Assembly (NCBI GenBank): GCA_036676395.1
Contig: JAKFCY010000002.1
Coordinates: 928,001-992,000, forward strand
Length of the DNA stretch: 64,000 nt
Origin: Bdellovibrio sp.
GTDB lineage: Bacteria > Bdellovibrionota > Bdellovibrionia > Bdellovibrionales > Bdellovibrionaceae
Direction of reading: 5' to 3'
The notes beneath the pieces are model-generated. The model was not told where the DNA came from. It ran no database searches and saw only the letters and a list, made by a program, of their open reading frames with translations. Shown here piece after piece: positions 29,798 through 38,327 of this stretch; position 1 is the stretch's first letter, and the number at the start of each line of letters is the position of its first letter. The position numbers and the translations under genes were made by a program.

Positions 29798-30283
29798 TTG
29801 GGTATGTCGCAAAAAAAACATCTGAAATTTGATCCCGCAGTTGAAGTGGCAAAGCCTTACCCAGGTGATAGCCAAGGGGCATTTTTACTGGCTTCTTCGC
29901 AGCTTGAAATGGTCTTGTTAAAAACTTCAGCGCATCATGAGCTGAATGCCGAAGTATGGTTTAGCTCTGCGACTGCCGGCCCTCCAGGGCATGTGCATGG
30001 CGGTTGTCAGGCCGCCGTGCTTGATGAAGTTATGGGTTCAACAGGTTGGCATCATGGTTATGGTGTGGTGGCTGCTAAAATTGAAGTTGAATTTTTAGAG
30101 ATGATTCCGGTGCTGCGCCAATATTCAATGCGCGGCCGAATTGTTAACATAGATAAACGAAAAATTTTTATTGAAGCTGAACTGTTTGATCAAGAAAAAA
30201 CTTATGCCAAATCAACAGGCCTGTTTATTGTCTTAACTAAAGAGCAAATTGATTCTTTAGGACTTAAAAAAAAGGAAGCCTAA
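29798..30283 (+). CDS. PaaI-family thioesterase
   Basis: GPPGHVHGG..AAVLDE motif. Confidence 0.9.
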   Translation: MGMSQKKHLKFDPAVEVAKPYPGDSQGAFLLASSQLEMVLLKTSAHHELNAEVWFSSATAGPPGHVHGGCQAAVLDEVMGSTGWHHGYGVVAAKIEVEFLEMIPVLRQYSMRGRIVNIDKRKIFIEAELFDQEKTYAKSTGLFIVLTKEQIDSLGLKKKEA

Positions 30284-30296
30284 GCTTCCTTTTTTA
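30266..30296. terminator. bidirectional intrinsic terminator
   Basis: AAAAAAGGAAGC-CTAA-GCTTCCTTTTTT between convergent genes. Confidence 0.85.
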
Positions 30297-30297
30297 A

Positions 30298-31890
30298 TTA
30301 CATCAATTTTCTTTTTACTAAATATTCATCGTAAGTGGTGCTGTCAGCAAAAACCACTTGCTCATCGATTTCGACAATTTTATTTGCCACTGTCTGCATT
30401 AACTGATGATCGTGTGAAGTGAACAACATGGCCCCCTTGAAGCGCTCCATACCTTCATTCACGGCCGTAATGCTTTCTAAGTCTAAGTGATTTGTAGGGC
30501 CATCGATAATTAACACGTTGGCACCTGATAACATCATTTTAGAAAACATGCAGCGCGCTTTTTCTCCGCCTGATAAAACACTTGGTTTTTTCAAAGCATC
30601 ATTACCGCCGAACAACATTTTACCTAAGTAACCACGTAAGAACGATTCGTCTTTATCAGTTGAGTATTGACGTAACCAGTTAACTAAAGTGTCTTCATCG
30701 CCCTGAAAGTATTTAGCATTATCAACCGGGAAGTAACTGACTTCAGTCGTAATACCCCAAGTGATTTTGCCAGAGTCAGCTTTGCGTTCGCCAGATAAAA
30801 TGTCGAATAAAATAGTTTTCGTTAAATCATTACGACCTACGAACGCAATTTTATCACCTTTGTTTACACGAAAGCTGATGTTGTTAAGAACTTTTTTACC
30901 TTCAAGTGTGTAATTCAGATTTTCAACAGTTAAAACGTCATTTCCAAGTTCGCGTTTCATTTCAAAACCGATGTAAGGAACTTTACGGGTTGAAACCGGG
31001 ATGTCGTTGAATTCAAGTTTGTCTAATTGTTTCGCGCGTGACGAAGCTTGGCTAGATTTCGAAGCATTGGCACTGAAGCGGGCGATAAAGGCCTTGAGTT
31101 CTTCAGCTTTAACAGAAGCTTTTTTATTCTGATCAGACAATAAACGCTGTTTTAATTCGCTCGACTCGCGCCAGAAATCATAGTTTCCCGTGTAAGTCGT
31201 GATTTTACCGAAATCGATGTCAGCCATGTGTGTACAAACTTTATTTAAAAAGTGACGATCATGCGAAATCACAATAACTGTGTTTTCAAAATTTAATAAA
31301 AAGTTTTCTAACCAGTTAATCGCTAAGATATCTAAGTGATTCGTCGGCTCATCCAGTAATAAAATATCTGGTTTACCTAAAAGTGCCTGCGCAAGTAATA
31401 CTTTTACTTTTTCGCCGCCGCTAAGGTCTTGCATTAAGCGGTGGTGATATGATTCATTTAAATTTAGACCAGCTAATAGAACACCGGCTTCTGATTCAGC
31501 TTCCCAGCCATTAAGTTCGCCAAATTCTGATTCTAATTCAGAAGCGCGCACACCGTCGGCATCAGAAAAATCAGGCTTATTATAAAGCTCTTCTTTTTCT
31601 TTCATGATTTTATACAGACGAGAATTTCCCATAAGGACTGTGTTCATCACTGTATGTTCATCATAAGCAAAGTGATCTTGTTTTAAAACCGAAAGACGGG
31701 CTTTTGGTGGAACAATCACTTCGCCAGTGTTTGGTTCTAATTCTTTAGATAAGATTTTTAAGAACGTAGTTTTGCCAGCGCCATTCGCGCCGATTAAACC
31801 GTAGCAATTGCCCGGAGTAAATTTAACGTTCACGTCTTCGAATAATTTTTTGCCGCCAAAACGGAGGCTGATGTTGCTTGTAGAAATCAT
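30298..31890 (-). CDS. ABC-F ATPase (YbiT/YkpA-like)
   Basis: Two ABC domains (GANGAGKT, LSGGEK twice, DEPTNHLD), no TM segments. Confidence 0.93.
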   Translation of the reverse strand: MISTSNISLRFGGKKLFEDVNVKFTPGNCYGLIGANGAGKTTFLKILSKELEPNTGEVIVPPKARLSVLKQDHFAYDEHTVMNTVLMGNSRLYKIMKEKEELYNKPDFSDADGVRASELESEFGELNGWEAESEAGVLLAGLNLNESYHHRLMQDLSGGEKVKVLLAQALLGKPDILLLDEPTNHLDILAINWLENFLLNFENTVIVISHDRHFLNKVCTHMADIDFGKITTYTGNYDFWRESSELKQRLLSDQNKKASVKAEELKAFIARFSANASKSSQASSRAKQLDKLEFNDIPVSTRKVPYIGFEMKRELGNDVLTVENLNYTLEGKKVLNNISFRVNKGDKIAFVGRNDLTKTILFDILSGERKADSGKITWGITTEVSYFPVDNAKYFQGDEDTLVNWLRQYSTDKDESFLRGYLGKMLFGGNDALKKPSVLSGGEKARCMFSKMMLSGANVLIIDGPTNHLDLESITAVNEGMERFKGAMLFTSHDHQLMQTVANKIVEIDEQVVFADSTTYDEYLVKRKLM

Positions 31891-32153
31891 TTTTGTTTAA
31901 ACCCCAAAATATCAACGTAAGTTATGCCTTTTGCTAAGCCTGAAGAAGGTCTGGCATTTTGTCCTTTGATTTGGATTTTGCCAGAATTAAATAATTCTTT
32001 AAAAGTCGTGCGCGAGATTTCACGTAAAGTTAAATTTTCATTTTGGCCTTTGATCGCCTGTAACAAAACTGCATCTAAGCGACCTGCTGGGCGCATAAGA
32101 TCTAAAGTGATGCGAAATGAATTGTCTGGTTTGGGTGGTATATTGTCTTCCAT
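31887..32153 (-). CDS. small S4-like RNA-binding protein
   Basis: RLDAVL...SRT..KELFNSGKIQIKGQ.ARPS pattern. Confidence 0.65.
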   Translation of the reverse strand: MEDNIPPKPDNSFRITLDLMRPAGRLDAVLLQAIKGQNENLTLREISRTTFKELFNSGKIQIKGQNARPSSGLAKGITYVDILGFKQK

Positions 32154-33022
32154 TAGAAAATCTCCGATAGCTCATCTATTAATTTCAGAAAGGTTGGATT
32201 CTGTTCGATTACGGCTAAATAATCAAACTCTAACGCATCAAGAACGTTTTCGTTGATGCCATTTAGGCGTAAATAAAGCTCTGTGGTGTTAAAGCGAAAC
32301 CCAGGGCTAAGTTCGAAGGCATTTTTGCTTAAGTTCTTAAGCGCTTTATGATCAAAAGTTAACTTTGTCACACGAGCCATCTGTTGTTGAGTAAAATGTT
32401 CGTTTAAGAAATTGCTGTGCAGATAGGCGAAAATCATAAATTTAAAAACATTTTTTTGACCAACCTCGCTACATAAATTTTTTAAGTGCGTGCGGTCATC
32501 GAATTTAGTGAAGAATGAGTTTACTTCAAGAAAAGTTTTGTGAGTCGCATCTTGGGCGTCCATGATGGCCATAAACTCACATGTGTTCGCAAACGACTCT
32601 TCTAGTAACATCGCGACTAATTTTGTTTTAAGATCTGTGGCTGTCGCTAATCCAAGACGTGTTGAAATTGAACGGGCAATCGCATGACAAGATTCATGAA
32701 ATACATAATTTGCTTTTAGATTTCCGCCGATATGATCCCAATTGATCTGTTGCGGTACTTTTTGATCCAACGCTGAAAGAATATCGGAGTTGTTTTGAAA
32801 GTAGATCGTTTTTGAAGATAATAAATTTTCAAGTTGGCTCATCGGAAACGCTAAATACTCTGGTGTTGGTGATGAGGAAAACTTAAAATCAAAAGTTTGA
32901 ACCTTTTTTCGAACCGCGCCATAAACTGAATTGTGCGTCACTAAATAGCCATCTCCCAGACTTAATAAAAGTCCTTGGGCCTTTGTGGTTTCGTGTTTTT
33001 GGAGTAGTGCAGTTAACTTCAT
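32153..33022 (-). CDS. hypothetical protein with HExxH...E zinc-peptidase-like motif
   Basis: VFHESCHA with downstream LEESFAN; probable start MKLTALL at 33022. Confidence 0.6.
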   Translation of the reverse strand: MKLTALLQKHETTKAQGLLLSLGDGYLVTHNSVYGAVRKKVQTFDFKFSSSPTPEYLAFPMSQLENLLSSKTIYFQNNSDILSALDQKVPQQINWDHIGGNLKANYVFHESCHAIARSISTRLGLATATDLKTKLVAMLLEESFANTCEFMAIMDAQDATHKTFLEVNSFFTKFDDRTHLKNLCSEVGQKNVFKFMIFAYLHSNFLNEHFTQQQMARVTKLTFDHKALKNLSKNAFELSPGFRFNTTELYLRLNGINENVLDALEFDYLAVIEQNPTFLKLIDELSEIF

Positions 33023-33116
33023 GATTTCATGCAAGAATACGTCACAAAATGCCATTCGACCATGGGGTTTTGACTCTTGTAAAACTTTTACATATTGTTA
33101 AATAAAGAGGTGAGTC

Positions 33117-33632
33117 ATGCGTTTTTTAATTACTGTAGTTTTAGTGTTAGCAACAAGCGGAGTTTTCGCTGGTGAAATCAAATTAAACGAGCCAGCACCG
33201 CTATTTACCGCTAAAACCCAAACTGGAACCGACTTCGACCTTAAAACCCGAAAAGGTAAATGGACAGTTTTATACTTTTACCCAAAAGCCGGAACCCCAG
33301 GTTGTACTCAACAAGCCTGCGCTTTTCGCGACAGTATTCAAAAAATTCGTGATTTAGGCGCAGAAGTTTATGGCATAAGTACTGACACGATTGAAGACCA
33401 GGCCAAATTTCACAAAGAACACCGCTTAAATTTCGATTTATTGGCCGATGCGGATGCGAAAATTACCAATCTTTATGGGTCAAAAATGCCCATCATAAAA
33501 GTTTCAAAACGTTGGACTTTTGTGATCGATCCAGAATTAAAAATCAGAAACGTCATGAAAGATGTAGATCCGGTTTTAGATTCTGAGCGTGTAGCCAGCG
33601 AAATCGCAAAACTGAAAGCTGTCTCAAAATAA
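33117..33632 (+). CDS. exported peroxiredoxin, Bcp/PrxQ family
   Basis: YFYPKAGTPGCTQQACAFRD; signal peptide. Confidence 0.9.
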   Translation: MRFLITVVLVLATSGVFAGEIKLNEPAPLFTAKTQTGTDFDLKTRKGKWTVLYFYPKAGTPGCTQQACAFRDSIQKIRDLGAEVYGISTDTIEDQAKFHKEHRLNFDLLADADAKITNLYGSKMPIIKVSKRWTFVIDPELKIRNVMKDVDPVLDSERVASEIAKLKAVSK

Positions 33633-33670
33633 GCCGTCCAAACCTTTCACAGTTTCAAATAATTTAGTAT

Positions 33671-33698
33671 TTAAGCCATTTGTCCAGCAGACCGATAT
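33671..33698 (+). promoter_or_regulatory. sigma28 (FliA)-like promoter
   Basis: TTAAG-N15-ACCGATAT versus consensus TAAA-N15-GCCGATAA. Confidence 0.6.
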
Positions 33699-33705
33699 AT
33701 ATAGT

Positions 33706-36700
33706 GTGAAGACGTATAGTACGTATGGCCCCCTATTGTCTAAATCTAATGTTATTAGGAATATTTTCCTTTTAATTTTTCTCTTTTCTTTTTCTTCATG
33801 TCACAAAGCTTTATTTGATGCGATGTCGGTTGAATTACCAACTGATATTGCGGGGATGCAGCCCATTATTATTTCTGGCCAAGTTTCAGGTTTAACCGCT
33901 TCAGGGCTTGGATTTAGTACTAAAGCAGTTGCACAGTCAGTTTCAGTGCAATGTACAGACGTGCGGGTTAAACTTTTTCGTTTGCAAAATAATGGAACCA
34001 TCGATGACGCAGCCCCATTAGCTACGACAGGTATTGATAGCAATGGCAAATACAGTTTTGATCTGCATGAGCTTGGCATCGATGATTCAGCAGCGACCGT
34101 AGGCTTGATTGTAAAGGCCGAAAGTTGCGATGGCTCGTTTTTGAATCGTCCGATCACGGGATTTAATAACGAGCAAAATATCGATGTCAAATCAACGGTC
34201 ATCTCTCAAATGGTGAATGCCGGAACATTAGTTCCTAAAAAATTAAATGAAGTACAAAAATCTGAAATTGAAAGTTTACTCAACACAGTGGTTGGCTCAA
34301 CGACAGGAGATGTGATCGATTCTTTAACCAATACACCGGTACCATCGGCGATGTTTACGCAAATTTTTGGAGCTTCGCCGAATGTTATCAAAGATGTAAA
34401 GCCTGAAATTCAATTTGTTCAGCCAATAAGTTTTAATGAACAACAAAATCATGCGCTTACAGTCGCTACCTTTCACGTTGATCCAAATTATTCATTTGTT
34501 TATAAGTGGAAATTAGACGGGGTCGTTCGCTCTTCAGCAAAAACATGGAATTATATTCCGCATGCGAATGCCGCAGGGCCTCACCAAATTGACGTGTATG
34601 TGGGTAAAGATGATGGCGCCGGAGAAATTGATTTAACAAAACCATATTATACAAAATCGTTTATGATTACGATCGCTAATAATATTTTGCCAGTGGCTCC
34701 GAATCTTTCTATTCATGCAAGCACGCCTGCACCACGCACTACAAACTCTATTCAACTTAATATTTCTACTGGTTTAAATATGGCTAACTGTGAGAACTTC
34801 TCACACATGGCATTAACAGACTCGGCAGTGATTCCTGGTATCATGCAATTTAATCTCGATTGCACGACAAGTGGCACACAAACTCTGTTGGTGAATTTTG
34901 ATAACAACGATGGCAATAAAGAATTACACTTATGGGCTATTGATGAAATCGGTACAATTTCACTATCAAAATCAGTCAGTTTTATTCTTGATTCGACAGC
35001 TCCGGTTACGACATCGTTAGTTGTTAATAGTGGTGTATCAAGCACGACAAATAAAAATGTTTTAATCAATTTCAGTGGCAGTGATGATTTATTAAAGCTA
35101 ACTGCATTTTGTTTACGTTATAACAATACAGCACAACCCGCAGTGGGCGATTCTTGCTGGACAACTTTAGATTCTATCAGTGTTCCCACAAGTCAAACCG
35201 TCTCGATTGCCAACTATCAATTTCAATTAGGTTCGGTGGTTGGTGATTATAATGTGACTGTTTGGTGGAAGAATGAAGCAAACCTAATCAGTTCACTCTC
35301 AGGCAATGGCACGGCCAATGTAGATTCATTTGTGATGTCATTTACACCAGATCCACCGCCGACTTTGGCTAACATTGTTGCTGCTGGTTTTGATGAATCA
35401 GTGTCACCACTGGGGGTGAGTGATACTACCGTCACATTTGGTTATGATTTATTTATTAAATGGCAAATTGCGGATAACAATCCAATTCCTGCCGGTAATA
35501 TTTCTTTATATTACACGACCAATGATGTGTCTTACACAACAGTGGCGACGAATTTAAATAATGCGATCAACGGTGATTGCACGATCGCCGGAGCTGAGAC
35601 TGGCTGTTATAAGTGGACTGCGGCGTCTCCGACAAATAGTTATTACCGTATTAAAGTTGTAGTGACAGATTTAGGCGGCGCCATTGTCTTTGAAACATCG
35701 AATCCGTTAAACACGGGCAAAATCAAATTTTTATCCGGAAACACCAGTTTAGGTATTGGCGGTATTGCCACGAACGCCGTTTTATTTTCGCCCGGCGAAG
35801 CCGGTTATAATGACTACGCTGATAATCAATCTCTCGTTGTGACAAAAACAGGTTACGTTTTTTATCGCAGTTATGGCCGAGGTTTAGTTTATGTGTCTCC
35901 GCATGATGGTATTATTCGTGACGTCGCTTTACAAACTGGCACAGCTTCAGGTGATGGCGGCAGTGTTTTTAATGCGACCTTCAGAGACATGAAGCGCATG
36001 GCGATTGATTATGATGATAACGTTATTATCTGGGATTATAACAAAGTCAGAAAAATTGATACCCACACCACGCCGTGGAGTATTTCAACTTTATTTGGTG
36101 GCGGAGCTGATACAGCAGATGGTGCAGATGCCTTATCAGCAAGTATTTCGGCATCGTATTCAGATCAAATCACCGTTACTCCGAATGGGCGTGTGTGGTT
36201 TAATAAATCAAATGAAATTTGGTATTTTGACCCAACAGATTCAAAAATTAAAAAACATATTACAATGACAGGTACAGGAACAGATGACATGGCATCTTGG
36301 CGGGCAACGTTTGATAACGTCGCTTGTTCTGGTTCAAATGCTGCCTTTACATTTACGAAAGCTGATTCGGGCATTACAAAAATTATGCGCCGTATGAGTT
36401 CAAGCACGAGTGCTTCATGCGGATCAGCAGCAGCAAGTTATCCATATTATAATACAAACTTTGATCTTGCTACAGGTGTAGCGACAGCCCCGCATCCACC
36501 GCAAACGGTATGGTCGTCACACAAATTTACTGGTCTTGATGGTAACATCTATGTGCTTAATCAGGGCCGCGGTTCACTGAAAAAATATAATACGGGTACA
36601 AATACGTTTTCAAATGTCGTCGGCGACGGCACCAATGGTCGTTGTGATGATGGCATGCCGGCGATAAGTTGCCCGGTGGTCGTGATGTCAGCGTTTGTGA

Positions 36701-37743
36701 CTGAATTTGGTCGTATATATTTTATTGATCTGGGTGTTTTAAGAACAGTTGATAGCAATGGATTAGTGCAAACGATCGCAGGGCAACCAAGAAACTTCGG
36801 CATTGGTTATAACCCCATCAGTGCACGCTATTCACAAGTCGCATTTTTTGAAAAAATCGCCAATGACATCTATGTTAAAAACGAACAAGAAAATCAAATC
36901 GTAAAATTCTCTTTAACGGGTGGAAACGTACAACATATTGCAGGTAATTCATTACGTGGATCACCAACCATAGCCTCTGCCGCGACTCAGACAAGAATGC
37001 CTAACTGCAGTTGGGGTTTGCCATGCAGTTTCATTGTTGATAGCGCAAATAATCGCCTATATCACTATGCCAGTGGCAACAATGTGGCCTACATCGACCT
37101 AGCTACTGGTCTTTGGGTGACTCAAGGTAGCGGTGTTGTGCAAGATAGTAGTACGCGTGTAAGTTATGTCGGTTTAAATAATGATGGTTTATTAATTTAT
37201 GCGCCGGCGCACTATGGTGTTTCGGGTGATAAGGTCACACTACGTTCAGTAAATCAAAACACTATGGCTAGCACTATTGTTTACGGCCAGAATATAATTT
37301 CAAATTCACTTAGCGGAACAGTTTGTACTGACGTCAGTTCAACCACTTGTACTTTAGCGCATGCTTCTACTGATGCCGTTCAGACGCGGTATAAATTTGA
37401 TTCTACAACGGGGAACTGGCTATTCACGATTCGCGGGCAAAATACGTTATACTCACTGCCTTCGCTGGGTGGGGTTGTAACAGCCTTTGAAACGATGAAT
37501 AATAATTTTATTTCGTATGATTTTTATAAATCAGGCGGGGATGATTTTGTTTTCTACTGCTCAACATCGGGTAACTTGTATAAACGTAATATCACTACAG
37601 ATGTTGAAACAGCACTTCCATTGCCGATTGCTTCAATGTCGTGTGCTTCAAATTCATTATTTTATGATGCGGGCAAAAATTCGTTATTCTTTGCGTATAA
37701 GCAAAATAATCTGTACGGCATTGGTGAGTACACTGACCCCTAA
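33706..37743 (+). CDS. large surface lipoprotein with Ig-like domains and NHL-type beta-propeller (adhesin-like)
   Basis: Lipobox FSSC; T/S/N/G-rich; GDGGSVFNATF, TIAGQP and HIAGN NHL-like repeats. Confidence 0.7.
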   Translation: MKTYSTYGPLLSKSNVIRNIFLLIFLFSFSSCHKALFDAMSVELPTDIAGMQPIIISGQVSGLTASGLGFSTKAVAQSVSVQCTDVRVKLFRLQNNGTIDDAAPLATTGIDSNGKYSFDLHELGIDDSAATVGLIVKAESCDGSFLNRPITGFNNEQNIDVKSTVISQMVNAGTLVPKKLNEVQKSEIESLLNTVVGSTTGDVIDSLTNTPVPSAMFTQIFGASPNVIKDVKPEIQFVQPISFNEQQNHALTVATFHVDPNYSFVYKWKLDGVVRSSAKTWNYIPHANAAGPHQIDVYVGKDDGAGEIDLTKPYYTKSFMITIANNILPVAPNLSIHASTPAPRTTNSIQLNISTGLNMANCENFSHMALTDSAVIPGIMQFNLDCTTSGTQTLLVNFDNNDGNKELHLWAIDEIGTISLSKSVSFILDSTAPVTTSLVVNSGVSSTTNKNVLINFSGSDDLLKLTAFCLRYNNTAQPAVGDSCWTTLDSISVPTSQTVSIANYQFQLGSVVGDYNVTVWWKNEANLISSLSGNGTANVDSFVMSFTPDPPPTLANIVAAGFDESVSPLGVSDTTVTFGYDLFIKWQIADNNPIPAGNISLYYTTNDVSYTTVATNLNNAINGDCTIAGAETGCYKWTAASPTNSYYRIKVVVTDLGGAIVFETSNPLNTGKIKFLSGNTSLGIGGIATNAVLFSPGEAGYNDYADNQSLVVTKTGYVFYRSYGRGLVYVSPHDGIIRDVALQTGTASGDGGSVFNATFRDMKRMAIDYDDNVIIWDYNKVRKIDTHTTPWSISTLFGGGADTADGADALSASISASYSDQITVTPNGRVWFNKSNEIWYFDPTDSKIKKHITMTGTGTDDMASWRATFDNVACSGSNAAFTFTKADSGITKIMRRMSSSTSASCGSAAASYPYYNTNFDLATGVATAPHPPQTVWSSHKFTGLDGNIYVLNQGRGSLKKYNTGTNTFSNVVGDGTNGRCDDGMPAISCPVVVMSAFVTEFGRIYFIDLGVLRTVDSNGLVQTIAGQPRNFGIGYNPISARYSQVAFFEKIANDIYVKNEQENQIVKFSLTGGNVQHIAGNSLRGSPTIASAATQTRMPNCSWGLPCSFIVDSANNRLYHYASGNNVAYIDLATGLWVTQGSGVVQDSSTRVSYVGLNNDGLLIYAPAHYGVSGDKVTLRSVNQNTMASTIVYGQNIISNSLSGTVCTDVSSTTCTLAHASTDAVQTRYKFDSTTGNWLFTIRGQNTLYSLPSLGGVVTAFETMNNNFISYDFYKSGGDDFVFYCSTSGNLYKRNITTDVETALPLPIASMSCASNSLFYDAGKNSLFFAYKQNNLYGIGEYTDP

Positions 37744-38327
37744 GTTTTTAGATTTCCGTTAGCGATAGATTCATCAATCATTTTTTTTGCGACTTCCCAG
37801 AGCGCCGGCAGACCGCCAGCTATCGGTGGTTCACATTTGTTAATGACTTTATCGGCTTTAACATTGTGGTTTTTCCACGAATAACCGCCATTCAGATAAT
37901 TTGAATACAAAGGTAAAAAACGATCAATCGCTGAAACATATTTTGCTTCTGCAGATAGGCCTTCTTCAAACTCATTCCAGATCGATTTAAAATCTTCGGC
38001 GATCAGATCAGGTAATAAACCAAAAATTCGTTCACGCGCTAATGCTTCTTTTTCTTTTTTACTGGATTGGTCGCCGTAAATGATCACATCGCCGGCATCA
38101 ATTTCAACGATGTCATGAAGTAAAGCCATTTTTACAGCTTTATTGATATCTAATTTTACCGGAGACATCTTTTCAAAAACCATAACGGTCATTGCTAGAT
38201 GCCAGCTGTGTTCGGCGGTATTTTCAACACGGCCCCCGACATGAATCGGGGTTTGGCGATCGATAGTTTTTAAACGGTCAATTTCTTTAATGAACGGAAG
38301 TAGATTTTCGAAAATCATGATAACCAC
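37740..38327 (-). CDS. HD-domain hydrolase (HD_3)
   Basis: ENTAEHSWHLA and LLHDIVEIDAGD. Confidence 0.9.
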   Translation of the reverse strand: MVIMIFENLLPFIKEIDRLKTIDRQTPIHVGGRVENTAEHSWHLAMTVMVFEKMSPVKLDINKAVKMALLHDIVEIDAGDVIIYGDQSSKKEKEALARERIFGLLPDLIAEDFKSIWNEFEEGLSAEAKYVSAIDRFLPLYSNYLNGGYSWKNHNVKADKVINKCEPPIAGGLPALWEVAKKMIDESIANGNLKT

